Positions 1 through 8,931 of a stretch of 64,000 nt of DNA are shown here, piece after piece. Location: NCBI GenBank assembly GCA_963805625.1, contig CAWDVE010000016.1:64001-128000 (forward strand), read 5' to 3'. Position numbers and translations under genes: made by a program. This DNA comes from an uncultured Candidatus Rokubacteria bacterium. Its GTDB lineage: Bacteria; Methylomirabilota; Methylomirabilia; Rokubacteriales; DASRDR01. The notes beneath the pieces are model-generated. The model worked only from the letters and a program-made list of their open reading frames with translations, made no database searches and had not been told where the DNA came from. Numbering within the stretch: the first letter of the stretch is position 1; each line of letters begins with the position of its first letter.

Positions 1-202
1 CCGGGAGGAGGCCGAGGCGATGGCGACCCGGCTGGCGGAGTTCGCCCCGCTGGCGATCCGGGCGGACAAGGCGTGGGCCCGGCGGCTCACCGAGGAGCAC
101 TTCCGGGCGACGGCCCGCTTCTGCGTCGAGGCCCAGCACGCCTCGTTCGCGGCCGGCGATGCCCGGCGAGGGATGGAGGCGTTCCTCCAGAAGGCCCGCT
201 GA
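1..202 (+). CDS. Enoyl-CoA hydratase/isomerase family protein, C-terminal part (truncated by window edge)
   Basis: Crotonase C-terminal pattern APLAIRADK...DARRGMEAFLQK, directly upstream of a second crotonase. Confidence 0.75.
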   Translation, partial: REEAEAMATRLAEFAPLAIRADKAWARRLTEEHFRATARFCVEAQHASFAAGDARRGMEAFLQKAR

Positions 203-204
203 CC

Positions 205-1020
205 GTGAGCTACGAGACGATCCTGTACGAGCGCCGCGGGCCGGTGGCGAAGATCACGCTGAACCGCCCGGAGGTGCTGAACGCGCTCAGCGTCGGGCTG
301 ATCCGCGAGGTGCACCTGGCCTTCGACCGCCTCGAAGCCGACGACGAGGTCCGTGCGGTGGTGCTGATGGGCGCCGGCCGCGCCTTCTCGGCCGGCTACG
401 ACCTCAAGGAAAGCGGCCGGCAGCCGGTCCAGGGGGTGGTGGCGTGGCGCCAGCGGCTCGAGCGCGACGTCCGCTTCACGCTGCGCGTGTGGGACTGTCC
501 CAAGCCCGTCATCGCCGCGGTGCACGGCTACTGCCTGGCCGGCGCTTGCGACCTCGCCATGATGTGCGACCTCACCATCGCCGCCGCCGGCACGTTCTTC
601 GGGGAGCCCGAGATCCGCTTCGGGAGCGGCGTGGTCACCCTCATCATGCCCTGGGTCATCGGCATGAAGAAGACGCGCGAGCTCCTCTACACGGGCTTCG
701 ACCGCCTGACTGCCGAGGAGGCGCTGGCGCTGGGTCTGGTCAATCGCGTGGTCCCGCCCGAGCGGCTCGAGACCGAAGCGCTCGCGCTCGGCGAGGAGAT
801 CGCCCGCAACGACCCGGAGGCCATCAAGCTGACGAAGATCGCGGTGAACCGCACCTACGAGCGGATGGGGATCAAGGACGCCCTTGCCATGAACCTGGAG
901 CTGGACACCATCATGGAGGCCGCCGAAACGCCCATGCGCCGGGAGTTCAACCGGATCCGGGACGAGCAGGGGCTCCGGGCCGCCATCGCCTGGCGCGACG
1001 CTCGCTTCCGCCAGGCGTGA
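205..1020 (+). CDS. Enoyl-CoA hydratase/isomerase family protein
   Basis: GTG start. Motifs ITLNRPEVLNAL, AFSAGYDL, KPVIAAVHGYCLAG, FGEPEIRFG. Confidence 0.92.
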   Translation: MSYETILYERRGPVAKITLNRPEVLNALSVGLIREVHLAFDRLEADDEVRAVVLMGAGRAFSAGYDLKESGRQPVQGVVAWRQRLERDVRFTLRVWDCPKPVIAAVHGYCLAGACDLAMMCDLTIAAAGTFFGEPEIRFGSGVVTLIMPWVIGMKKTRELLYTGFDRLTAEEALALGLVNRVVPPERLETEALALGEEIARNDPEAIKLTKIAVNRTYERMGIKDALAMNLELDTIMEAAETPMRREFNRIRDEQGLRAAIAWRDARFRQA

Positions 1021-1081
1021 CGTCGCCGTCCGCGGCCGGGGTCCACGCCTTCCGCGAGCCGACTGATGGTGACCGCCGGGC

Positions 1082-2266
1082 TCACCAGAGACGAGAGCGG
1101 AAGCGGCCCAGGAAGCGCGCCCCGGCCTCCTCGATGACGATCTCGCGCTCGACGCGGACGAAGGCCTTGCCCGGGACCACGAAGCCGGACTCGAGGCAGA
1201 GGACCATGCCGGGCGCGAGGGGCATCCGCACCTCGCGCTCGAACCACGGGTTCTCCACCACCTCGAGGCCAACGCCGTGTCCCACAATGCTAAGCGCGGC
1301 GCCGAACCGCCGCGGCCGGAAGTGGTCGACGGTCTCGCCGACCCAGTCGCCGATCGGCAGCCCGGGCCTGGCGGTCTCGCGCATTCGATCGGTCAGGACT
1401 GCGCCCTCCTCGAGCAGGGCGCGCTGCCAGGCGTTCGGTTTGGGCACCGCCCAGCAGCGGGCCTCGTCCCAGACGTAGTTCCTGTACCAGCCGACGAAGT
1501 CGATGTAGATCATGTCCCCCGCGCGGACTCGGTTCGACGTGGAGAGGGGCCAGCGTCCCCACGCCACCATCTCCTTGCCGGCCCGGACGCGCACGCGGTC
1601 CACGCGGTCGGCGCCCGCCCGCATGCTCGCGGAATACGCCGCGTTGGCGATCTCCACCTCGCTGGCTCCCACCCGGCCCGCGCGCCACGCCGCCTCCAGG
1701 CCGGTGTCACACACGTGGGCGGCCTCCTCCAGGATGCGGACCTCGAACGGACTCTTCACGATGCGGAGCCCCTCGACGAGGTCGTCGGCCGGCTCCACCC
1801 GCAGATCGGGGAGTTCCCGCGCGAGCCGCGCGCCGTAGTACACTGGCATGACGTCGCTGCCGGCCAGCGCGATCCGGCCCCGGGCGAGCCCGGCGTCTCG
1901 CAGGGCCTCGCAGAGAAGCCGCGCCAGGTCGAATCCGGGACGCACGTCACGCACGACGGGCGCGATCGCCTGGCGATCGAACCGCGTTCCTGGGAGCAGG
2001 ATGGGTGGGCCGCCAACGGGCAGGACCACCGCGGCGAAGCCGAATCCGTTGTTGCGCTCGTTGAACGACCAGGGCGCGTTGGTGATCTTGTGGTTGGTGA
2101 GATAGCAGACGTGCCCGTCCTTGGCGAGGAAGCTCGCGAACGCGAGCAGGCCGTCGAATCCGGCTTCGCGCAGCGCGGCATGCGTGCGGTCGAGCCGGCC
2201 CTGGATCTCGCGCGGCGGCGGGCGGAAGCGACGGAACCTGGCTGCAGGCCCCGGTCGCGCCCTCAC
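1082..2266 (-). CDS. M24 (Xaa-Pro peptidase/creatinase) family protein
   Basis: Motifs LRIVKSPFEV, DMIYID, GHGVGLEVVE, GMVLCLE, VRVE. GTG start overlaps the upstream stop (GTGA). Confidence 0.85.
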   Translation of the reverse strand: MRARPGPAARFRRFRPPPREIQGRLDRTHAALREAGFDGLLAFASFLAKDGHVCYLTNHKITNAPWSFNERNNGFGFAAVVLPVGGPPILLPGTRFDRQAIAPVVRDVRPGFDLARLLCEALRDAGLARGRIALAGSDVMPVYYGARLARELPDLRVEPADDLVEGLRIVKSPFEVRILEEAAHVCDTGLEAAWRAGRVGASEVEIANAAYSASMRAGADRVDRVRVRAGKEMVAWGRWPLSTSNRVRAGDMIYIDFVGWYRNYVWDEARCWAVPKPNAWQRALLEEGAVLTDRMRETARPGLPIGDWVGETVDHFRPRRFGAALSIVGHGVGLEVVENPWFEREVRMPLAPGMVLCLESGFVVPGKAFVRVEREIVIEEAGARFLGRFRSRLW

Positions 2267-3513
2267 GAGCGGGGGTCCCTGCCGAGGAACTCGAGGGCGC
2301 TCAGCGCGTGGACGCGGACCGTGTCGAGGAAGTCGACCACGGTGACGTGCTCGTCGGCCTGGCCCATCCCGTACGGCGTCGGCCCGAAGACCGCCACCGG
2401 GATGCCGACCCGCCGGAAGACGCGGGAGTCGGTGCCGGGGCTGGAGATGTTGAAGAACGGCGCCTCGCCGCGCACCCGCGTGACCGCCTGCCGGACGACC
2501 TGCATGAACGGCAGGTCGGGCGAGGTCCAGTTCGGCTCGCTCAGGTGGAGGATCTCGTACCGCATGCCGTGATGCTGCCGCACGACGCGGCCGACGTGGC
2601 GGAGGACGTCGCCGCTCGTCGCGCCGGGGGGCAGCCGGATGTCCACCTCGGCCTCGCAGTGGTCGGCGACCAGGTTCACCTTCGTCCCGCCCCGGATCAC
2701 GCCGACGTTGACGGTCAGGGAGGCGAGGGTGTCGCTGGCGCCGGGTCCGAGGAGGGCGTCGGTGGCCGCCCGCGCCTCGTCGATGCGCTGGGTGACCTCC
2801 CGCGGCACCGGCCACGCCACCGCCTCCAGCTCCCGGAGGTCCTGGAGGGCGGCCGCGATCGCCGCGATGGCGTTCCAGCCCGCGTGGGGATACGCGCCGT
2901 GCGCGCTCTGGCCGCGGCCGACCAGGCGCACCCACACCATGCCGCGCTCGCCGAAGCGCACCGTGCGCGGGGTGCTCGGCTCGCCGATGAGCGCCGCGTC
3001 CCCTCGGAGTCGCGGGTGCTGGTCGACGAGATAGTTCGCGCCCCACGGCCCCATGGTCTCCTCATCGGCCACGGCCGCCAGGGTGACGCGCCCGCTCCAC
3101 GCTGAGCGCCGCTCGCCCAGCAGGCAGAAGGCGGCGATCGAGGCCACCACGCCCGCCTTCATGTCGGAGACGCCCCGGCCGAAGATCCTGCCGTCGCTGA
3201 TCTCCCCTCCGTAGGGGTCGCGCGTCCACTCGGCGGCGCCGGTGACCGGGAAGGTGTCGAGGTGACCGTTCAGAATCAGGTGGCGGCCGGGACCGTTGTC
3301 GAGCGTCGCTAGGACGTTCGGCATGGTCTCCTGGCCCGAGATCACCTCGGCTCGATGTCCGCGGCGGCGGAGCTGCCCGGCGACGTAGTCGGCGGCCTCG
3401 CGGGTGTCGCCCGGCGGGTTTGGGCTGGGCTGCCGGACGAGTTCCGTGACAAGCTCGAGCCACTCGTCCTGCCGCGCGTCCACCGCCTTTAGGATTTCCT
3501 CGCCCGTCTCCAT
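2263..3513 (-). CDS. M20 family metallopeptidase (ArgE/DapE-like deacylase)
   Basis: Motifs LNGHLDT, GRGVSDMKAG, ADEE, IGEP, AHGAYP. GGAGG RBS before METGEE. Confidence 0.9.
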   Translation of the reverse strand: METGEEILKAVDARQDEWLELVTELVRQPSPNPPGDTREAADYVAGQLRRRGHRAEVISGQETMPNVLATLDNGPGRHLILNGHLDTFPVTGAAEWTRDPYGGEISDGRIFGRGVSDMKAGVVASIAAFCLLGERRSAWSGRVTLAAVADEETMGPWGANYLVDQHPRLRGDAALIGEPSTPRTVRFGERGMVWVRLVGRGQSAHGAYPHAGWNAIAAIAAALQDLRELEAVAWPVPREVTQRIDEARAATDALLGPGASDTLASLTVNVGVIRGGTKVNLVADHCEAEVDIRLPPGATSGDVLRHVGRVVRQHHGMRYEILHLSEPNWTSPDLPFMQVVRQAVTRVRGEAPFFNISSPGTDSRVFRRVGIPVAVFGPTPYGMGQADEHVTVVDFLDTVRVHALSALEFLGRDPRS

Positions 3514-3599
3514 GCGCCTCCTCCTTGGTGAATGGGTCTGCCAACGGGCCATTCGAGCCAGGCCACCACAGTAGGGCAGTCCCGGAGCCGCGATCAACG

Positions 3600-3930
3600 T
3601 CCCGAGTTGATGCCGCCGGCTCGGCGCTCAGCCGATGGGGGGTGGCAGATCGTGGCGCCACCGTCCACCACGAGGGTGGTCCCGGTGATCCAGTAAGCCT
3701 CGTCGGAGGCGAGGAAGGACGGACGCGGCGCCGAGAACGCCTACCCGGAAGATGCGCGTGGACTGTTGTGCATCGGCTTCGGCGCGGGCAACGCCCAGAG
3801 CATGGTCCAAAAGAAAGCCCGGCGACCAATCACTGATGATCTCGTGCGCCCGCGCGAGGACCGCCGGCGGGATGGTAAGGCCAAGGGCTTTGGCGGTCTT
3901 GAGGTTCAACACGAGCTGGTACTAGGTGAG
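3600..3930 (-). pseudogene. Mosaic of gene remnants: ABC substrate-binding (PF04392-like) C-terminus, an N-terminal piece of the same family, and an SDR C-terminus
   Basis: T*YQLVLNLKTAKALGLTIPPAVLARAHEII, then EADAQQSTRIFRVGVLG, then FLASDEAYWITGTTLVVDGG. No intact frame joins them. Confidence 0.7.
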
Positions 3931-4317
3931 CCTCAGCCGCCGCCTCACCGCCGTGTGGTCTCGCTTCCCAAGCGTAAGCCGGCTGCCCGGGTCAGTGCCG
4001 ACTGGGTGCCAAGCTTCTCCTCATCATGGTCCGGCCCTCGCCTATGCCCTATGCGTCTGCGCGGTGGGCGAACCGCGCCTGCCACGTGGACGTGCGGCCG
4101 ATCGTGGCGACGCATCGCGACGTGCGTGCGTGCGGCTATGGGCGAGGGCCGCTTCCAGGAGGACCATTACTGCCGGCTGTGGCGTGACGTGCTAACACCG
4201 TCCCGCCGCTCCGGCCGGGCTCGACGACTTGACCCTCCTCGTGGAGCGCGTGCGCCGCAGGTGCCGAGCAGCGGTGACTGAAGATCATTGGCCACAAAGG
4301 CCAGCGCTCATCCGCGC

Positions 4318-4346
4318 TTGACCCATGCGTGCTAAGTAGTTAATCT
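4318..4346 (+). promoter_or_regulatory. Sigma70-type promoter for the tRNA-Asp 5'-half
   Basis: TTGACC-17 nt-TAATCT, ending 9 nt before the tRNA-like sequence. Confidence 0.75.
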
Positions 4347-4354
4347 ACAAAGCG

Positions 4355-4397
4355 CGGGGTCGTGGTGCAGCCTGGTTAGCACACTGGCCTGTCAAGC
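4355..4397 (+). repeat. 43-bp direct repeat equal to the 5' half of tRNA-Asp(GTC). Putative att site or truncated tRNA
   Basis: Identical to 13970-14012. Identity stops 2 nt after the anticodon loop. Confidence 0.95.
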
Positions 4398-4412
4398 AGG
4401 CGAGCGAAATAG

Positions 4413-4454
4413 AACCCCTCGGTAAGTCGCGGACTTGCCGAGGGGTTTTTCTTT
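4413..4454 (+). terminator. Intrinsic terminator
   Basis: AACCCCTCGGTAAGTC-gcg-GACTTGCCGAGGGGTT followed by TTTCTTT. Confidence 0.85.
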
Positions 4455-4751
4455 GGGTGCTTGGTTGGCGGGGGGTGGTTCTGGGCCTGGCGAGGACGGT
4501 CGCGGGCATAGTTTCGGGCATGGCGATCGGGCAGCCGGAACTCGGTGTACACGGCGCCGCGGAGCCTCTGGGGTCGGCCGCTCGCGACCTACTCACCGTG
4601 ATCGAGAGCGCCGACACCTGAGCGCTTCCAGGCCTGGGGTGGCGCCCTACCGCCGTCAGCATGTCGCCCCCGGCGGCCGACGGCGCGATCATGTCGCTCG
4701 ACTGTTGGCGACGCTGGCAGGTTCAGCGGGCACAGGGGTTCGATCAGCCGG

Positions 4752-5288
4752 CTATTGGAAGTACGCCTCCAGCCAGAGCGCGAAGGTCTGGTCGTGGCGG
4801 GCGAGGTCCCCGATGATGATCGGTCGCAGTTCCGTCTCGTAGCGCTCGCGCAGGAGGGCCGGGTCGAGCGGAACGGCGCGGGCCAGGCGGGCGACATCCT
4901 CGCGGTCGATCGGGCTGTCGCGGGCGAGCTTCGAAAGCGCCAAGTCGTGCGCCTCGAGGGTCCAGAGTGCGAGACGTGGGAACCGGCCGGGCCAGAGGGG
5001 GGTGAGCCGCTCCTCGTACCGATCAGGCAGACTCGCGACGGTCACGTGCTGGAGATGGAGCCCGTGGGCGCGGGCCAACGCGCTGTCCGGGCCGGCGAGC
5101 TCCTGGAGGCGCGCGCCGTGCCTCGCGGGGATCACCTCAAGGTAGTCGAGATCGGCCGTCGGGCGCGGGAGGCCGTAGCGCATCGCGACGACGAACCCAC
5201 CAAGACAGTGGAGCGCCACAGCCTCCGGCAGGGCGGTGTCGAGCGCGGCCAGGAATTCGCCCCACGGGGACGGCGGCTCAGCCGCGAT
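4752..5288 (-). CDS. Nucleotidyltransferase (DUF6036/AbiEii-like), putative toxin
   Basis: LGGF...RPTADLD NTase motif and DLALSKLAR...DREDV. The frame stays open upstream of the GTG at 5219 (PWGEFLAALD). True start uncertain, possibly ATC at 5288. Confidence 0.75.
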   Translation of the reverse strand: MAAEPPSPWGEFLAALDTALPEAVALHCLGGFVVAMRYGLPRPTADLDYLEVIPARHGARLQELAGPDSALARAHGLHLQHVTVASLPDRYEERLTPLWPGRFPRLALWTLEAHDLALSKLARDSPIDREDVARLARAVPLDPALLRERYETELRPIIIGDLARHDQTFALWLEAYFQ

Positions 5289-5955
5289 GGCGCAGCGCCT
5301 CCGCCGTCCAGTGGGTCAGGAGATTCCAGTGGCGCGCGGCGGCCGACCGGTGCGTACCGAGCCAGCGCCGCTCGGCCTCCGGGAGCGCGGCGCGGCCCAA
5401 GGTGTCCTCGTACACCAGCCGGCTCCGGTCGAGGGCGGCCTCGAGCGCGCGGAGGGCCGCGAGGCGTGGCCCGTCGCCCTCCCGCTCGGCCACCTCGCGG
5501 GCGAGGCTTGCGACGAAGCCGAGGCGGTTCTGGAGGTCGTGCACCTTGGCCTCGCGCACGAGCCACGCCGGGTCGAGGTGCCAGTAGCGCAGGAGCAGCC
5601 AGGGCAGGGCCTCGACCGTGCGCGCCTCGAGCTCGGGCTGGGCGAGGGCGGTGAGCAGCACCGCGCCGGGATGCTTCGCCGCGGTGCGCCGCGCGAGGTG
5701 AGCGAACCCCGGGTAGTCGAGGGCCGCGAGATCCTGGGCGAGCGTGTCGGCGGTGACCCGCGGTGTCACCCCGGCCGCGGGTAGGACCGTCGGCGGTAGA
5801 CCGTAGACGCGCATCGCCCGCCGCGCCAGGGCGGGCGTGAGGGGCCGCTGCCCCGCCTCGAGCATCGCGAGGTAGGGCTGGGACACGCCGAGCCGGGCGG
5901 CGGCGCGGGCCTGGGTCCAACCCCGGGACTGACGGGCGGTTCGCAATGGGTGCAT
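5278..5955 (-). CDS. XRE-family HTH protein, putative antitoxin/regulator
   Basis: LRTARQSRGWTQARAAARLGVSQPYLAMLEAG HTH. Overlaps the NTase gene. Confidence 0.85.
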   Translation of the reverse strand: MHPLRTARQSRGWTQARAAARLGVSQPYLAMLEAGQRPLTPALARRAMRVYGLPPTVLPAAGVTPRVTADTLAQDLAALDYPGFAHLARRTAAKHPGAVLLTALAQPELEARTVEALPWLLLRYWHLDPAWLVREAKVHDLQNRLGFVASLAREVAEREGDGPRLAALRALEAALDRSRLVYEDTLGRAALPEAERRWLGTHRSAAARHWNLLTHWTAEALRHRG

Positions 5956-5964
5956 TGCGGCTCT

Positions 5965-5987
5965 TAGCTTATCACAGACTCTGTAAT
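5965..5987 (-). promoter_or_regulatory. Extended -10 promoter overlapped by a palindromic operator
   Basis: Minus strand TGaTAAGCT 10 nt before the ATG, with an adjacent ACAGA-n-TCTGT palindrome. Confidence 0.55.
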
Positions 5988-6045
5988 GCTCATGCGAGCG
6001 ACCCTGCCATGAGCCTGCCTGGTTCGGGGACACGGACCCTGCAGC

Positions 6046-6320
6046 CTAGCAGCGCCCGGGCGGCCGTCAGGTCCGGCGTCTCGAATCCCTCGGTGAACCA
6101 GCCGTACACGCCGGCCACCAGGTCGCGCGCTTCCCCGGTACGCTCCTGAGCCTGCCAGCGGCGGGCGAGGCTCAGCGCGACGCGCAGCTCGAACGACTTC
6201 GCGCGCTGCTCGCGGGCGATCTCGAGCCCGCGGCGCATGCTGGCCTCCGCCGCCTGCACGTCGCAGCCAAGCGCGGCGAGCAGCTCGCCGCGCAGGCAGT
6301 GCAGGAGGGCGTCGACCTCA
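6046..6320 (-). pseudogene. C-terminal TPR remnant of an adenylate cyclase/AAA-ATPase type protein
   Basis: AREQRAKSFELRVALSLARRW...YGWFTEGFETPDLTAARALL. Rest of the gene absent. Confidence 0.8.
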
Positions 6321-6382
6321 AGGGCAATACGTTGGAACTCCGCGGGAGCGATGAGGATGCACTGCGGCACACCCCGGCGAGG

Positions 6383-6606
6383 TGCACTGTTTTCTGTGCA
6401 CCCTGCCCTGATTTGTGTGCACTCCCCCCACGGTCGCCGCTCCGCGCATCGGCGCGCCGATGATCTCGGCGGATTCAGGCCCGAGGAATGTCGTCGTGCC
6501 GCGATCTTGGCGCGCGCCGTCCTCCTCAGGGCGGTCCGTGGAACCCAGGGTGCCCACGTCCGCGATCCGCGCCAGCTCGCGCACGAGGTGCACTGATTTG
6601 TGTGCA
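6383..6606. promoter_or_regulatory. Three palindromic enhancer-like sites TGCAC-N8-GTGCA
   Basis: Sites at 6383-6400, 6404-6421 (one mismatch) and 6589-6606. The first two are 21 bp apart. Resemble NtrC-type bEBP sites. Confidence 0.65.
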
Positions 6607-6670
6607 GTCACATCGCCGCGGCGACTGACTCCACGCGGCAAGTGCCCGTCACGACATGCGTGGGCCGATT

Positions 6671-6685
6671 TGGCGTGCCGCTTGC
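6671..6685 (+). promoter_or_regulatory. Sigma54 (-24/-12) promoter
   Basis: TGGCGTG-CCGC-TTGC with correct GG-N10-GC spacing, upstream of the three-gene operon. Confidence 0.7.
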
Positions 6686-6836
6686 GAGTCATCGCAGGCC
6701 GATTCCGGGAACTGGGGCCGCCCCTCAACGCTCCGGGGGGCCGAGACGAGGTGTCTCGGTCTCCCGTCCGCCGCGAAGGGAAGCCGGCCCCGTCGGCCGG
6801 GACCACCGTCCACACGACCGTCTGGGAGGGATCGCG

Positions 6837-8171
6837 ATGTCCGAGGCCGACAGACCAACTGCCGCTGTGGCGCGTCGACGGCCGGTCAGCCGCGAGGGCA
6901 AGGGGTGGGCGATGTCTGCACGGGCTCTCCGGTGCGCCGCGATAGCCGGCGGCCTGTCCGTCTTCGGAAGTTCCTGGGCACAAGGCTTTGACGTGCTGAT
7001 CTCCCGGAACTATGTTCGTGCGAAGGGAGAGCCCGTGGCGGTCACGGACTCGTTCACCGTCTGCGACACGGCCGGTCAATTCACGCTGGCCGTCGAGAAC
7101 GGCCCGGGCGGCGAGCCGCGCGTGAGCAGTGGCACGGTCCTGGTCAACGGTCTCGAGGTCATCCGCGACGCGGACCTCGGCCAGCAAGTCGGACGCCTCG
7201 AGCGGCCGCTCTCCGGACTGTCGGCGACCAACCGGCTCGACGTGCGGTTGGGGAGCCAGCCGGGAGGCACGCTCATCATCTCGATCCTTGGCCTTCAGTC
7301 CTGCGGCGGCGTCCGAATCACCGCGCCAGCCCCGGGGAGCACCGTTCGCGAGCCGGCGATCGTGGTTGAGGGGGAGCTGTCCCCGAGCTTCGCAACGGCA
7401 CTCAGCCTGACCGTCGGCGTGACCCTCGAGGGCCGCCTGATCGAGGTGCCGGTGCCGGTCCACGTCAACGACCGGCGGTTCGCCGGCTGGGTGCCCCTGG
7501 CCCCGGGGGAGGTCCGGCTGGTCGCTCGTGCGACCGAAAGGACCGGCCGAATCACCGAGGACTCGGTCACCTTCACGGTCGTCCTCGACTCGCCGGACGA
7601 ACGGGCCAGTCCACCCGAGGTGTCGCCGACGGTCGGGTTTGCCCCGCTGACCGTCACGTTCCGGGGTTCGGCCGCGGCGGATCCGTCGGTGACGGCCCTC
7701 GACCTCGATGCGGACAGCGACGGCCGGCCCGACTTCACGTTGACCGACTTCATGCCGCCCCCCCATGAAGTACCCTATGCCTACCAGACGGAGGGTCTCT
7801 ACGTCGCGACGGCGGTCGTCCAGGATCGAGCCGGCCAGTCTCGCACCTCGCGCGTCCCGATCAACGTCATCCCCGTGCCGGACCTGCCCGGTCTCTGGGA
7901 CGCCTTCCGCGCGAGCCTCTCGCAGGGAGACGTGGACGCCGCCCTCGGATTCGTCGCGCTCGAGGCCCGGGAGCGCTACCGACGGGTCCTGGAGGACCTC
8001 CGGGCGGATCTGGCCGCCATCGCCGCCGCACTCGGCGGCGTCACGCTCCACGTCGTCACGCCGGAGTACGCGACTGCCTCGATCACCCGCGTCCGCGACG
8101 GAGTCTCCGAGGGCTTTCTCGTCCACTTCGTCCGCGACGGTGATGGCGTCTGGCGCGTCGCGAGCATGTGA
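6837..8171 (+). CDS. Secreted protein with Ig-like and PKD domains and a C-terminal NTF2-like domain
   Basis: GGGAGG RBS (alternative ATG at 6912). Signal peptide ending SSWA-Q. PKD pattern SPTVGFAPLTVTF...YQTEGLYVATAVVQD. C-terminus FVRDGDGVWRVASM. Confidence 0.8.
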   Translation: MSEADRPTAAVARRRPVSREGKGWAMSARALRCAAIAGGLSVFGSSWAQGFDVLISRNYVRAKGEPVAVTDSFTVCDTAGQFTLAVENGPGGEPRVSSGTVLVNGLEVIRDADLGQQVGRLERPLSGLSATNRLDVRLGSQPGGTLIISILGLQSCGGVRITAPAPGSTVREPAIVVEGELSPSFATALSLTVGVTLEGRLIEVPVPVHVNDRRFAGWVPLAPGEVRLVARATERTGRITEDSVTFTVVLDSPDERASPPEVSPTVGFAPLTVTFRGSAAADPSVTALDLDADSDGRPDFTLTDFMPPPHEVPYAYQTEGLYVATAVVQDRAGQSRTSRVPINVIPVPDLPGLWDAFRASLSQGDVDAALGFVALEARERYRRVLEDLRADLAAIAAALGGVTLHVVTPEYATASITRVRDGVSEGFLVHFVRDGDGVWRVASM

Positions 8172-8181
8172 GGGAGCGACC

Positions 8182-8931
8182 ATGTCGATCCACAGGGACC
8201 CGCCGCGCCGGGGGGCCCGGCCGCCGGTCCGCCTGGCGCTGTCCGTCCTCCTCGTCTTGCTTTTGCTTCTCGCGCTGAGGGGGCCGCTGGGGGCCCAGCC
8301 CGCCGAGTACTCGGCCGCCGAGATCCGCGGCCGGGTCGCCGACGCCGAGACCAAGCAGCCGCTCGACGGCGTCCACGTCGTGGCCCAGTGGATCCTCAAC
8401 ACGGGCCTCTTCATGTACAGCCGCCGAGTCACGCGGCTGCAGATCCTTGAGACGCGGACGAACGCGCAGGGTGAGTACCACCTCCCGGCGTGGGGGCCGA
8501 AGCCGCGGCCGCCCCTGTCGACGCTCGATTGGGGGTCGGACCCCATCCTGACGTTCTTCAAGCCGGGCTACCGCCCGCTCGATCGGAACAACTACAGCCC
8601 GCCGCCCGAGGACGAGGCCTCGCTTTCCCTGCGCTTCTCCCGCTGGAGCGGTCGGACGGTCGACCTCGAGCCTTTCCGCGGGAGCCCGGACGACTGGATC
8701 ACCGCATTGTCCGGGCTGCAGACACGCCTGGGATGGGCCGAACCCACCGACCATCCCGTGCCGACCATCAACGACAACTGGAAACACATGCCCGAGATGG
8801 TCGTGGCGGTCCACGAGGCGCGCCGTCTCGTGCCAGAGCGCCTCCGGCACTCCGTCCGAACCCTGGACGCATGGCGGACGTCCGAGGCCGAGCTCCACGC
8901 GCTCGTGCGGCAGAAGGGATCTTCCCCATGA
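8182..8931 (+). CDS. Exported protein with a carboxypeptidase-regulatory-like (Cna-B type) domain
   Basis: Hydrophobic signal, IRGRVADAETKQPLDGVHVVAQW, TNAQGEYHLPAW, FFKPGY. GGAG RBS. Confidence 0.8.
   Translation: MSIHRDPPRRGARPPVRLALSVLLVLLLLLALRGPLGAQPAEYSAAEIRGRVADAETKQPLDGVHVVAQWILNTGLFMYSRRVTRLQILETRTNAQGEYHLPAWGPKPRPPLSTLDWGSDPILTFFKPGYRPLDRNNYSPPPEDEASLSLRFSRWSGRTVDLEPFRGSPDDWITALSGLQTRLGWAEPTDHPVPTINDNWKHMPEMVVAVHEARRLVPERLRHSVRTLDAWRTSEAELHALVRQKGSSP

Noticed and set aside
3514-3600. Hairpin upstream of the M20 gene as a possible riboswitch
   Set aside because: No recognisable aptamer consensus.
4640-4730. Possible integrase C-terminal relic (YRRQHV...VARLLA)
   Set aside because: Similarity too weak to support without a search.
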